DNA of 58,144 bases, taken from assembly GCA_028282665.1 (NCBI GenBank), contig JANQHN010000321.1, positions 1 through 58,144 of the forward strand. Reading direction: 5' to 3'. The position numbers and the translations under genes are program-made. Source of the stretch: Phycisphaerae bacterium. GTDB taxonomy: Bacteria; Planctomycetota; Phycisphaerae; UBA1845. Under the pieces are notes generated by a model. The model was not told the origin of the DNA. It searched no databases and worked only from the letters and a program-made list of their open reading frames with translations. Below are positions 1 through 9,622 of this stretch, piece after piece (position 1 is the first letter of the stretch; each line of letters starts with the position of its first letter).

Positions 1-195
1 CGAATAAGCTCGTTGACGACAATGGGCTAGAGCGAGCTCTAGCCAGGTGTAGCGTCCGACACCGTGTTTTGTACTGCGGGAAAGTCGACATTCAACGCTA
101 CGTTTGGATTGAAACTGCTATAGGTAGTGGCGCTAGCCCCGATCCTAAAGCGAGATCGGGCATGCCCGTCGGTAAGAGACTTTGTAAAGGCAATC

Positions 196-420
196 ATGGC
201 CAAAGCGGAAACAATCGAACTCGAAGGAACAGTCGTTCAATCTCTACCCAACGCCATGTTTCGCGTAGAGGTCGAAATCGGTGACGACAAGCACGAAATT
301 CTCGCTCACATTTCGGGAAAGATGCGTAAGTACTACATTCGTATTCTCCCCGGCGACCGCGTGCAGGTCGAAATCTCCCCCTACGATCTAACGCGCGGAC
401 GGATCACCTACCGCCGTTAA
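196..420 (+). CDS. infA: translation initiation factor IF-1
   Basis: 74-aa ORF from ATG 196. [26 protein letters not shown]...[33 protein letters not shown] matches the S1-fold IF-1 family end to end. The in-frame upstream extension (127-195) has no IF-1 counterpart. Confidence 0.92.
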   Translation: MAKAETIELEGTVVQSLPNAMFRVEVEIGDDKHEILAHISGKMRKYYIRILPGDRVQVEISPYDLTRGRITYRR

Positions 421-651
421 CCTAACGTTTACCCTAATTCAACAACAATTATACACGTCGCAGAGATTTCATGCCGTGTAAAATCCGCGCATACTCTGCG
501 GCGACGGCTTGACCTCAATGACCTACCGAGAGCAGATTTGAGCAGAAAATCGTAACTCTCGAAAAAAACTGTCCGGTCAAAATCACATCAATCACACGCC
601 ACGTCCAATACCATGAGGAAAAGCGTGTGAGCTGTCCATGTACCCGATCGA

Positions 652-1869
652 TTAATTCGCAACCGTCAGCGTCAACGAGTCAATCGCAACTGTCGTGCCC
701 GTCGGCGCAATGATTTGGATGCGCGAGATCGTCGCGTTTCCACCATCCACAGTGAAAAATGCCGCCGTATCGCCGGACAAAGCTGCCGTGTGGGAATCGA
801 TCGTGTCAATCTCGCTACCGAAACTGGATTCAACAATCATTTCGGCGCCGGGAGCCCCCAAATCCGCGAAATACACCTGGAACTTACGCACATCCATTCC
901 TGAGAAGGTAATCGTGGCGGTGCTGCCACTGCTTGCGAACCACGCGAAATTGTCACTGAATCCGGCTGTAAGGGAGGACTCCGCCGGCTGGGCCATTCGG
1001 GCGGAACCGCTCGATAACCGAATCGTCCCACCACCAATAGAATACGTAGCGGGATCTAAACCGGCAGGCACATCACCGGAAAAATCAATCGTGGTCAACG
1101 TCGTCAATTCGGGCTCCTGACCCGAATTGTTCACTTCCACGTCAACAGTATCGGTATCGCTTTCGCCAAATTCGTCGGTAACGATTACCTCAAACGAAAA
1201 CGAACCGGCCATGGTAGCGGTGAATCCGGCTATCGCGTTGTCGGCGTTCTCAAGAGAAATGTCTTCCCCAGCTACCTGACGCCACTCAAACGATATTTCG
1301 TCCCCATCGGCGTCTTCACTGCCGTTTGCGTCCAACTCAACGAACGCCCCCAGGCTCACGCTGATATCCTCACCGGCATCGGCGACCGGTGGTGTGTTAT
1401 CTTGATTGTCGTTCGTATTGCCATTGTCGTTGGCATTGCCGTTATCATTGGTGTTTCCATTATCGTTCTGGTTATCGGGCGTGTTGTCGTTGTTATTCTG
1501 ATTGTCGTTGGCGTTACCGTTACCACCCGTTCCGACCGTCACGGAGACCGTATCAGTATCACTCAGGCCGCTGGCATCGCGAACACTGACGCGGAAGATG
1601 TACGCCCCATCCTGACTGGCTACGAAAGTCGCTTGCGCTTGCAGGGGATTAATGATCGTCACCTCAGGTCCAGAGACCTGCGCCCAGGAATACGAAACCG
1701 CCCCTTCACTGCTTCCCGCGTCCAACGTAACCACCTCGCCCGAGTTCACAGTCTGGTTCGAGCCGGCATTAGCGGTCGGCCCGGCAGGCGTTGGGACAGG
1801 GCCTGGAGTGCAACCAAGAAAGCCAACCAGGATCAAACATGCAAAAGTATGGGCGATGAATTGTTTCAT
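652..1869 (-). CDS. PKD-domain lipoprotein with N/D-rich linker
   Basis: 405-aa ORF. The N-terminus MKQFIAHTFACLILVGFLGC is a signal peptide plus lipobox Cys. Two PKD-like segments (NAGSNQTVNSGEVVTLDAGSS..YSW and PVADAGEDISVSLGAFVELDANGSEDADGDEISFEW) flank a 48-aa N/D/G/T tract. Confidence 0.75.
   Translation of the reverse strand: MKQFIAHTFACLILVGFLGCTPGPVPTPAGPTANAGSNQTVNSGEVVTLDAGSSEGAVSYSWAQVSGPEVTIINPLQAQATFVASQDGAYIFRVSVRDASGLSDTDTVSVTVGTGGNGNANDNQNNNDNTPDNQNDNGNTNDNGNANDNGNTNDNQDNTPPVADAGEDISVSLGAFVELDANGSEDADGDEISFEWRQVAGEDISLENADNAIAGFTATMAGSFSFEVIVTDEFGESDTDTVDVEVNNSGQEPELTTLTTIDFSGDVPAGLDPATYSIGGGTIRLSSGSARMAQPAESSLTAGFSDNFAWFASSGSTATITFSGMDVRKFQVYFADLGAPGAEMIVESSFGSEIDTIDSHTAALSGDTAAFFTVDGGNATISRIQIIAPTGTTVAIDSLTLTVAN
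1387..1530 (-). repeat. coding low-complexity tandem repeat (GNxNDN units)
   Basis: Imperfect 9-18 nt tandem units (attgtcgtt / ggcattgcc / gttatcatt ...) encode GGNGNANDNQNNNDNTPDNQNDNGNTNDNGNANDNGNTNDNQDNTPP within the lipoprotein. Confidence 0.8.
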
Positions 1870-2121
1870 GGAGATTTCTCCTTGTTATTCGGATTCGTTC
1901 AGTCGGAAGGGGTCCGCATACTAACAGCTTGCGAACATCCCACTCCCCCCGCATGGCGACCGCTGTATGGTAGAGGAGCAAGGGTGTCTGGTACAGAGCA
2001 GGCGGGGGAAACAAAAATGAATCGCGGTGAAACAACTGCGTTTGTATGGTTTTGTCCGCGATTTCGACTTTGATCCGGACAGATAATTGCTTGATGCCCC
2101 CTGTCCTCAGGAACATGCGAA

Positions 2122-2931
2122 CTACGGCGCGGGCTTAGCGGCAATCTGAAGATGCGCAGCCCGCCCCAGCCCCGCTTCGCTGCGCCAAAGAGACTTTTCG
2201 ACTTTGGCCAGCTTGCGGCGGGCAACGGAGTCTTCGAGTAAAGCACGATGCTGCCTGACCGGAAGCACGAACTTTCCGATCATGTCAACTAGGCGCAGGT
2301 CCGCTCCCTCGAGTAAGCGCCTTAGGTCCTCTGGACTGACGGTTTTAATGGGGAACTGCTCATCCACTTCCTTGGTAAGCCAGTGCGTCCGTCCATCCCG
2401 CGCAAACCGCACCAACTCGTCCAAATTTCCTTGAGAAAGATAGTAATCGAACGCGGCGAGCTTGTTGTCGAATGTCGCCACAACCACCCCGCCAGGCCGT
2501 AAGATTCGACGAATTTCCCGCAGCGCCTTCGCGGGAGCAGAGGAACAGCAGATCGGCTCTCCGAAGGCAGTCACCACGGCAAAATGAGCTTCCGGCAGAT
2601 CCGACAAATCCGCCACGTCGCCTTGAACGAACATCGCCTTGGATTCTCCGCTCATCTTCTTCACCGCAAGGCGGGCCTGATCCAACATTTTGTGCGAAAT
2701 GTCCTGGAAAGTGACCTGATAACCGCTTTTAAGCAGCTTCAAGCCCCATTTTCCAGTGCCGCACCCAATATCTATGACAGGCAAAGTGAGGTCGTTTGGC
2801 AGAAAACCCTTGAGGTGATCCCAGGTCAGTTCGTCATGCCATCGCCAATAGGCGTCGTCATAGGAATGGTCGTACACACCCGCCACGCGATCGTGGTATC
2901 TTTTGACGGCATTCTTCCTTTTGCGAGGCAT
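2122..2931 (-). CDS. class I SAM-dependent methyltransferase
   Basis: Motif I VIDIGCGTGKWG, then acidic D after a beta strand (VTFQDIS) and FVQGDV, typical of the Rossmann methyltransferase fold. I prefer ATG 2931 (MPRKRKNAVKRYHDRVAGVYD). The ORF stays open to ATG 3072, so the start is uncertain. Confidence 0.8.
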   Translation of the reverse strand: MPRKRKNAVKRYHDRVAGVYDHSYDDAYWRWHDELTWDHLKGFLPNDLTLPVIDIGCGTGKWGLKLLKSGYQVTFQDISHKMLDQARLAVKKMSGESKAMFVQGDVADLSDLPEAHFAVVTAFGEPICCSSAPAKALREIRRILRPGGVVVATFDNKLAAFDYYLSQGNLDELVRFARDGRTHWLTKEVDEQFPIKTVSPEDLRRLLEGADLRLVDMIGKFVLPVRQHRALLEDSVARRKLAKVEKSLWRSEAGLGRAAHLQIAAKPAP

Positions 2932-3126
2932 AACGACGCATTGTAGGTCCGAGAATCCGCCACGCCAGCAATCGGTCCCGGCATTCTGCCCCAGCTCCAG
3001 CATCCCGCGCGTCTTGACCGCTGCTCCGCCCTGTGCAACCATAGATCGTGTTTTCCCAAGAGTAAGACGCATTCATGATGGCGCAGGCGTGTATCAGCCA
3101 GTTTCGCCAATCGGAGTACGCCCACG

Positions 3127-3687
3127 ATGATAAAAGCAATTGACCTTCGCAAAGGACGCACCGTGATCTGGGAAGGGGAACTCTTCATCGTTCACGATTC
3201 CGAACACGTCACGCGCGGCAAGGGGCGAAGCTTGATGCAAGTCAAACTAAAAAACTACAAAACCGGCGCGATCATTGATCAACGACTCAACGTCGACGAC
3301 AAGCTCGAAACGCCGTTCGTCGAAACCAAAGACTACGAATACCTTTACCAGGACGGCGAGCAGTACGTGGTCATGGATAACGAGACTTACGAGCAGATTC
3401 ACGTGTCGGGTGATTTGGTCGGTGAAGCGACGCAATGGCTTAAGCCCAATGAAAAGATCACCTGCGAAGTGTACGAGGGAAATGTCATCAGCTTCGAGGT
3501 ACCGCACGTAGTGGAACTCGAGGTAACGGATACCCCCCCCGCAATCAAAGGCGCCACCGCGACCAACCAACTCAAGGAAGCGATCCTTGAGACCGGTGTG
3601 AAGGTTCGCGTTCCGCCGTTCGTCGAGAATGGTACGGTTATCCGCGTGGACACCCGAACGGGCGATTACATCGAGCGCGCAAAGTAA
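3127..3687 (+). CDS. efp: elongation factor P
   Basis: 186 aa. MIKAIDLRKGRTVIWEGELFIVHDSEHVTRGKGRSLMQVKLKNYKTG...YEYLYQDGEQYVVMDNETYEQ matches the EF-P three-domain consensus, including the GKG loop. Confidence 0.95.
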   Translation: MIKAIDLRKGRTVIWEGELFIVHDSEHVTRGKGRSLMQVKLKNYKTGAIIDQRLNVDDKLETPFVETKDYEYLYQDGEQYVVMDNETYEQIHVSGDLVGEATQWLKPNEKITCEVYEGNVISFEVPHVVELEVTDTPPAIKGATATNQLKEAILETGVKVRVPPFVENGTVIRVDTRTGDYIERAK

Positions 3688-3721
3688 CGACGCCCGACAT
3701 CGGACAATCGCAGGACCATAA

Positions 3722-3762
3722 CCCGCGTCAATGCCTGTGCAAGGTGCTGATGCGGGCTTTTT
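3722..3762 (+). terminator. candidate intrinsic terminator after efp
   Basis: cccgcgtca (3722-3730) pairs with tgatgcggg (3748-3756), 9 bp with one G-U. A cttttt run follows at 3757-3762, 35 nt after the efp stop. Confidence 0.5.
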
Positions 3763-3991
3763 CATGATTGAAGCGGACTTATGGAACACCGGACTGACAG
3801 CGGTTATACTCAACGTTTGTGGCAGTTAGAAAGCATCTTGCAGCAATGGATCGAGGGGGGAGTATCATCCTCGCGACGATCCGAGAAAATTGCCCGGGAG
3901 GCCTACCCAGCCTCACAGGCATCGGCTTCGATCCGTTACACCAATCGAAGGCCTCATTTCTTTTCCCATTCACCATTGAAGGGAGTCCGCC

Positions 3992-4471
3992 ATGGAAAAT
4001 ATGGATAAGTGTGTGCAGTTTTCCATCTTCCTGGTCAATAAGCCAGGCGTTTTGACGCAGGTCTTTCAAGAACTCGGCAAAGCGAAGGTAAACATCCTCA
4101 ACGTTGCAATGATGGACACCATGGAGCATGGCGTACTACGCCTCGTCGCGAACGATCCTATGGAGGCACGTCAGGTACTCAAGACGCTCAATGTCCCCGT
4201 CACCGAGACGGATGTTCTGTCCGTGACCCTCTCCAATCATCCGGGAGCAGCGGCGGATCTTTGTGAAAAATTGTCCAATGCCCACATTAACATCGGCTAC
4301 ATGTATTGCACTAGCGGCGGGACGCGTGGCGGCAAGACCCGCGTCATTTTAAAAGTGCCCGACATTAAGAAAGCGGCGAAGGTATTGGAGAATATCGGCA
4401 AAAGTCGCGGGAAAGACATGAAGGTGAAGCTTCGGCGACCTGGCGGAAAGCGAAACACAGCCTCGAAGTAA
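3992..4471 (+). CDS. ACT domain-containing protein
   Basis: 159 aa. Two beta-alpha-beta-beta-alpha-beta-like halves (VQFSIFLVNKPGVLTQVFQELGKAKVNILNV and VLSVTLSNHPGAAADLCEKLSNAHINIGYMY) are typical of tandem ACT domains. GAAGGGAG lies upstream of the ATG. Confidence 0.75.
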   Translation: MENMDKCVQFSIFLVNKPGVLTQVFQELGKAKVNILNVAMMDTMEHGVLRLVANDPMEARQVLKTLNVPVTETDVLSVTLSNHPGAAADLCEKLSNAHINIGYMYCTSGGTRGGKTRVILKVPDIKKAAKVLENIGKSRGKDMKVKLRRPGGKRNTASK

Positions 4472-4832
4472 CCACGAATCCTGATGGCGACGAGTGCGGG
4501 GCATCCCCCTCGCTTTCATGCGATATGCTTCGATTTTCGATCAGCCAATCCATACACCTAGCGCAAATCGAGCAGCCTCCACGCTCGAGGCAGACTGAAG
4601 GTTCTGCAAGCTCGCACCCAAGTTTGGTAGTGTGCGGCATTCAACGAATAGGCGAAATTTCGAGTCCTTGAACGGAGAGCCTTCGGATTTTCAGCATGAA
4701 TTGAAGTTGTCAACGCGAATATCTGCAACGTTTGACCGAATTCATGGGTGACCCCGCTTGTGCGACCGATTGTCAGATCGGGGGGGTTGCTATGATGACA
4801 GTGGAGCGTTTGGCTGCTTTAAGGAGTGTCTC

Positions 4833-6437
4833 ATGTTCAACCAGCTACACTTCGTGCGACTGAAAACCGCGGAGAAGGCCCTAAAGGAAGGCCGGCTGGA
4901 TGAAGCCCATCGTCTTGCCACCGCTCCCGACCTGTGTCACCAGCGCCGTGCCAAGGATGTGGTCAACCAACTCGCCACACATTTCCTTGAAAGAGCAAGA
5001 GAACATTATCGGGCGGATCGTTTCGACGAAGCACTCTCCGACCTTACCAAAGCGGCAGCGGGTGAAGTTCATACGGATGAAATCGACCAACTCCGCAAAG
5101 ACGTCGAAACCGTACGATCGGAACTAAAACGGAACGAAGTTTCTCGTCGCGACCGTATCCACGCGGCTAAACGTCGTATGGAGCGTGGTTCGCTTGTGGC
5201 CGGCCAGCGTATTCTCGAACAGGCAAGCGACTACGACGTCGACGCTCGTAGACTGCGCCAACAGTTTGAGCAGCGAGTGGAGGAGGTCGGTGACATTGCA
5301 CAACAAATCGGCGAGTTGATCGCGGAGGGACAGTGGCGTCAGGCTGCGACGCGCATCCGTCAAGGCCGTACGATCGACGCTTACAACCAAGGCATCGCCA
5401 AAGTTGAAGCCGATTTGTGCAAAAAGGTGCTCGAAGCTGCCCGCAAGTCCATCGCTACCGGACGACTCTCCCGCGCGGGTGATGAGCTTGATTGTATTTC
5501 GAGCCTGGGCAGTCGAGCGCCGGAACTGCTGGAACTCGCCGATCTATTGCGAATTGCCATCAACGCTCGCGAGCACGCTCGCAATCGGCGTTATTCCGAG
5601 GCACGGCGTGAAGTCCTTAGCTTACAACGTCTTATCCCCGAAGCAAAGTGGACCAAGGAGGCAGCCCAAGTGCTGGATAAGATGGACGACTTCCAAACAC
5701 AGCTTTGCAGTGGCCCGCTGGGTGAGCAGATCGATGCGAATCTACCCGATCAAGAAGATACAACGCCAGCCAACGGCACGCTGGCGGAAACCGTCGCCAT
5801 TCCAGGCCGGCGTCCGACTGCCGGTCCGAGTGTCACCACCGGCAAGGGATACCTGATGTTGGTGGACGGCGGTGGTAGTTACTTGATCGTCAAGACGGAC
5901 AATGCCTCTATCGGAAGAGTGGCATCAGAGAAACTCGCAGACATTCCACTCTTTAGCGATATTGGTGAGCGACACGCACAGCTTAGTCGCGTAGAGGACG
6001 ACTACTTCTTCGTCGCGAGTCAGCCGGCGGAGATCGGCGGCAGGCAGGTCACACAGCACCTGTTGCGGGACGGCGATCGGGTCGTCATGGGCCGAAAAGC
6101 TAAACTCTCATTCCGCATTCCGAGCATGAAGAGTGGAACAGCGGTGCTGGACCTCAGCGATACAACCAAGATGCCCAACGACGTCCGTCGCGTCGTATTG
6201 TTTCGTCATCATGCAACAATTGGGGCGGGAAACAGCGCCCATATTCGTTGTCAGCACGCTCATCCGCCACTTGTGTTATTCGAGCGGAAGGGCAAGTTTT
6301 TCGTTCGTGCAAAAAGTGACGGACACGTCGATAACCAAGCTTTGGAGATACGACTAGGCGAACCGGTGGAGATGATGGGTGTAAGTTTCGTGCTTCAACC
6401 CTGGCAGGTTCGCTCGATGGGCACGGCGGCAATTTGA
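4833..6437 (+). CDS. FHA-domain protein (helical N-terminal region, two FHA-like C-terminal modules)
   Basis: ATG 4833 is preceded by AAGGAG (4821-4826). The C-terminal parts (YLMLVDGGGSYLIVKTDNASIGR...HAQLSRVEDDYFFV...LLRDGDRVVMG and VLFRHHATIGAGNSAHIRC...FFVRAKSDGHV) fit the FHA beta-sandwich pattern. It lies directly upstream of a Ser/Thr kinase. Confidence 0.7.
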   Translation: MFNQLHFVRLKTAEKALKEGRLDEAHRLATAPDLCHQRRAKDVVNQLATHFLERAREHYRADRFDEALSDLTKAAAGEVHTDEIDQLRKDVETVRSELKRNEVSRRDRIHAAKRRMERGSLVAGQRILEQASDYDVDARRLRQQFEQRVEEVGDIAQQIGELIAEGQWRQAATRIRQGRTIDAYNQGIAKVEADLCKKVLEAARKSIATGRLSRAGDELDCISSLGSRAPELLELADLLRIAINAREHARNRRYSEARREVLSLQRLIPEAKWTKEAAQVLDKMDDFQTQLCSGPLGEQIDANLPDQEDTTPANGTLAETVAIPGRRPTAGPSVTTGKGYLMLVDGGGSYLIVKTDNASIGRVASEKLADIPLFSDIGERHAQLSRVEDDYFFVASQPAEIGGRQVTQHLLRDGDRVVMGRKAKLSFRIPSMKSGTAVLDLSDTTKMPNDVRRVVLFRHHATIGAGNSAHIRCQHAHPPLVLFERKGKFFVRAKSDGHVDNQALEIRLGEPVEMMGVSFVLQPWQVRSMGTAAI

Positions 6438-6496
6438 CAGTAAGGCTATAGGGACATCGCACGTCCCTTTCGGTAACAAAACAGGCGGCAAGATCA

Positions 6497-8944
6497 ATGG
6501 CCTACACATTCAAACATGGCACCCGTCCCCTCGACGATTACACGATACAGCGTGCGGTTGGCAGCGGTGGATTCGGCGAGGTGTATTACGCCGTCAGCGA
6601 CGGCGGGCGCGAGGTTGCCCTCAAGTACCTGCGCGACAATCCGGAGATCGAACTTCGAGGCGTGGGTCACTGCATGAACCTAAAAAGCCCGCACCTGGTT
6701 TCCATCTTCGACATCAAAAAGAACAACGACGGTGACTACTTCATCATCATGGAGTACATCTCAGGCCCGTCGCTTCGTGACATTCTGATTGCCGAACCCA
6801 ATGGCCTAGGCCAGCAAAAGGCTGCTTTCTTCGTTCGCGAAATCGCGAAAGGGTTAAGTTACTTGCACGATCGAGGCATCGTCCACCGCGACCTCAAACC
6901 CGGCAACATCTTTTACGACGACGGCTACGTGAAGATCGGCGACTATGGACTGAGCAAATTCATCGCCGTTTCGAGGCACAGCGCGCAAACGGCGAGCGTC
7001 GGCACTGTGCATTACATGGCACCGGAAATCGGCTCGGGCAACTATTCACGCGGCGTGGACATTTACGCCCTCGGCGTGATGCTCTACGAAATGCTGCTGG
7101 GCAAAGTACCGTTTGAGGGGTCGAGCATGGCCGAGGTGTTGATGAAACACCTGACCAGCCAACCCGAAATCGACGAACTCCCCGCCCCATTCGGCAAAGT
7201 GATTCGCAAAGCACTGGAGAAAGACCCAGCGGATCGCTATCAGACCGTGGACGAAATGGTGGAGGATCTGCTCGAAGTGCAAGATGTTCGGGAGAGCCTC
7301 GCAGGCTTTTCACCGCAGAGTTTGCAAGGCGCGGTGTACCGGGGCTCATCAGAGCCGGCTCCGTCCCCAAATCCTTCGCCCAATCCGTATGAAAACTTGC
7401 AACAACCAAGGCCTCAAACACCGCATCGGGCTGGAGAACAGGAAAACCTCCCGCCCTTCGCGATTCCTTTGCCGGACCGCCTGGCCCGCAAGCAGACCGC
7501 GATTTCACGCAAAATAGATTCGAAACTTCGCAAATTGGAAAGACGGGACGGCGTACGGCGTGATAAAGACGATCGAAACGATCCGCCTCCATACATACCA
7601 AGTAGCGATGCCGAGGCAATGGGTGGTCCGCCGCCCCCAGCCGGACACCAACAACGTACTATTGCTCCGGGCGAACACGTTAAGCGCATCACACTCGCGA
7701 TCTTTACATGGGCATGCCTCAGCATCTTGGCCGGGTTCGCGAGTGGAGCAATCTACGGAGACGAAGAAGAGGCGTTGGGCGCCGGTATGGCGGTTGCGCT
7801 TGGCAGCGTTGGGCTTTTTCTTTCGCGTAAAGTGCTCAAATGGGTCAGCAGCGAAACACAACCACTGTGGGTAGAACGAATCGTCCAGTTCGCTTGTTGT
7901 GCTCCTTGGGTGTTAATAGGACTGCTGCCTGCACAAGACGGCATGTCGGATAACGAATGGGCAGGATTGGTTATCGGCATGCTCGCTGTGGTGCTTTTAA
8001 ATAATTGGGACGGTGTTTTCAGGCAAGGCGCTGCCGGGACGATCAGCATATGGTCTGCCGCATGGACGGGGCTTTTCGCTTTAATCAGCGCCGCCGTCGC
8101 AAGCGGCATCGCCGACGGCGATCCGGACGATGTCATCGGCTTGGCGTTTGTAGCGGGTACGGGTTTGTCGCTAGTCGCCCAGGTTACCGGCTGGTGGCTT
8201 CCAGGCGTAGCCAATCGTCATGGTGGTGGAGGCCGACCAACGTCGGGACGATCAACAGATCATCCGCCTGCCGCGCCGAACGGACACGGCGAAAGCATGG
8301 AGATGTCCCATCACAGCAGAACAGAACAGAATTTCGGCGCAGCCGCAGACGAATATACGGAAAGGGTGGACCAGGATCAACACCATACAGCTTACGCTAA
8401 AACTGCGGGTGAAACCCTGACCGCACAGGAACGGATGGCCAAATTGGATCGGCTCGGCGAGCACAATCGCGACGGCAGAACCCGCCGCTGGGACATTACC
8501 CGGATGTTCTGGGCGTTCACTACGTTCGTATTCTTCCTTCTTTCCTGTGTCGTCTTCGTCGCTCCGCGCGCCTGGGCACGGGCGGATTACGACACGCAAT
8601 TCACACTGTCAATTGTGGCGTTCGGACTCTTCTGCGTTTGCATGTTCTGCACGACGAAGATGACCGTTTTCCGTCGCGCCGGCTTTTGGCGTGAAAGCTT
8701 CAGACCTTTCCTGATCTGTGCAAGCACCTTTGGCATCGCCAGCTCGATTTTTGCACTCGCCTCACACACGCACGAAAATAAGCCGTTCATCGTGTTACTT
8801 TGCCTGTCGAGCGTGGTTTTCCTGCTATCATTGATCTTTGGAGGCAGGAAACATCGTCGCGCCCGCCACGTGGAATCATTCATTATCAGCGCCAAAACTC
8901 CCGATGCCCACGCTCCAACCACCGAACCGCAAACGGAAATCTAA
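6497..8944 (+). CDS. Hanks-type Ser/Thr protein kinase with large polytopic membrane C-terminal region
   Basis: Motifs GSGGFGEVY, VALK, HRDLKPGNIF, DYGLSK and GTVHYMAPE sit in the first ~270 aa. A Pro-rich linker follows, then many hydrophobic segments. Confidence 0.9.
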   Translation: MAYTFKHGTRPLDDYTIQRAVGSGGFGEVYYAVSDGGREVALKYLRDNPEIELRGVGHCMNLKSPHLVSIFDIKKNNDGDYFIIMEYISGPSLRDILIAEPNGLGQQKAAFFVREIAKGLSYLHDRGIVHRDLKPGNIFYDDGYVKIGDYGLSKFIAVSRHSAQTASVGTVHYMAPEIGSGNYSRGVDIYALGVMLYEMLLGKVPFEGSSMAEVLMKHLTSQPEIDELPAPFGKVIRKALEKDPADRYQTVDEMVEDLLEVQDVRESLAGFSPQSLQGAVYRGSSEPAPSPNPSPNPYENLQQPRPQTPHRAGEQENLPPFAIPLPDRLARKQTAISRKIDSKLRKLERRDGVRRDKDDRNDPPPYIPSSDAEAMGGPPPPAGHQQRTIAPGEHVKRITLAIFTWACLSILAGFASGAIYGDEEEALGAGMAVALGSVGLFLSRKVLKWVSSETQPLWVERIVQFACCAPWVLIGLLPAQDGMSDNEWAGLVIGMLAVVLLNNWDGVFRQGAAGTISIWSAAWTGLFALISAAVASGIADGDPDDVIGLAFVAGTGLSLVAQVTGWWLPGVANRHGGGGRPTSGRSTDHPPAAPNGHGESMEMSHHSRTEQNFGAAADEYTERVDQDQHHTAYAKTAGETLTAQERMAKLDRLGEHNRDGRTRRWDITRMFWAFTTFVFFLLSCVVFVAPRAWARADYDTQFTLSIVAFGLFCVCMFCTTKMTVFRRAGFWRESFRPFLICASTFGIASSIFALASHTHENKPFIVLLCLSSVVFLLSLIFGGRKHRRARHVESFIISAKTPDAHAPTTEPQTEI

Positions 8945-9001
8945 GATTCGGCTTCCGGCCACTATTCACGCACCGGCTTCATCTGCCAACTACCTACCGG
9001 G

Positions 9002-9460
9002 TTAATCTTCTCCACCGACCTCGATTCGCCTGCCCTGACAGCTTGCCGCTTTGGGAAGCGTGATTTCGAGCACTCCTGCCGCACAATGTGCGGAAATCGC
9101 ATCCTCATCCACTTCACCAGGCAATTCTACCTGTCGCATGAATGAACCATAACGCCGCTCGCTACTGATTCGCCTTTCCGAATCGTCCTTGGGAGCGGGA
9201 AGAGGCTTATGTCCTTTTACGAAGACAATGCCGTCCCTGTAAGTAAGGTCAATTTCATCAGCGACTACACCAGGAACCTCGATGCGAAGCGCGTAAGCAT
9301 CCGCGCGTTCCAGCACTTCGACCGAAGGTGACCATTGCTGGCCATCAAAAGGTCCGGCGGTCACGCCGCTGTGGTAAACGCGATCAAACATTTTGTTCAC
9401 TTCGTCCTGTAACCCCTGAAGCGTCAGAGGCAAATCGCCTTTGAGTGGGTTAAATGGCAT
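9002..9460 (-). CDS. Hsp20/alpha-crystallin family small heat-shock protein
   Basis: 152 aa from ATG 9460, with AGGAGA 7 nt upstream. WSPSVEVLERADAYALRIEVPGVVADEIDLTYRDGIVFVKGHK...RRYGSFMRQVELPGEVDEDAISAHCAAGVLEITLPK is a textbook alpha-crystallin domain. Confidence 0.9.
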   Translation of the reverse strand: MPFNPLKGDLPLTLQGLQDEVNKMFDRVYHSGVTAGPFDGQQWSPSVEVLERADAYALRIEVPGVVADEIDLTYRDGIVFVKGHKPLPAPKDDSERRISSERRYGSFMRQVELPGEVDEDAISAHCAAGVLEITLPKAASCQGRRIEVGGED

Positions 9461-9503
9461 GATCTTTCTCCTGGTAAAAGGCGTATCAGGTATCTCGTTG
9501 TTG

Positions 9504-9524
9504 CTTTCATCTTCTCGATGAAAG
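9504..9524 (-). promoter_or_regulatory. 8-bp hairpin in the hsp20 5' leader
   Basis: On the minus strand, CTTTCATC-gagaa-GATGAAAG is a perfect 8-bp stem about 45 nt upstream of the hsp20 ATG. Its function is unknown. Confidence 0.3.
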
Positions 9525-9622
9525 TACCATGCGGTCTTGCAACAAGCCAACGCAAACCTGCATGATTCCAAATGCCATCGTTCCACCGGCCTTCATCCGA
9601 ATCCGACAAGTGAAAAAAGCGC

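Noticed and set aside
25-72. Two hairpins at the window start: GGCTAGAG-cgag-CTCTAGCC at 25-44, and GGTGT-agcgtccg-ACACC at 46-63 followed by gtgttttgt. They could terminate an upstream gene.
   Set aside because: The gene they would terminate lies outside the window. The U-run is interrupted, so they cannot be tied to a feature.
127-195. N-terminal extensions offered by the ORF track, for example infA 127-195, 16915-17025, 4758-4832, 9461-9586, 22184-22231, 23096-23254, 33808-33909, 49523-49618 and 56668-56733.
   Set aside because: The internal ATGs have SD-like sequences or ATGA coupling and restore family-typical N-termini or signal peptides. The extensions have no homologous counterpart and several begin at non-ATG codons.
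1387-1530. Short tandem DNA repeats here and at 26661-26895, considered as a CRISPR or minisatellite.
   Set aside because: The units are 9-18 nt, imperfect, have no spacers, and lie in frame within clear coding sequences (N/D-rich and Q-rich tracts).
1402-2073. 223-aa plus-strand ORF overlapping the PKD lipoprotein gene.
   Set aside because: Its first 60 aa are I/V repeats that mirror the N/D codon repeat on the other strand. There is no family signal. The minus-strand ORF has a lipobox and PKD motifs.
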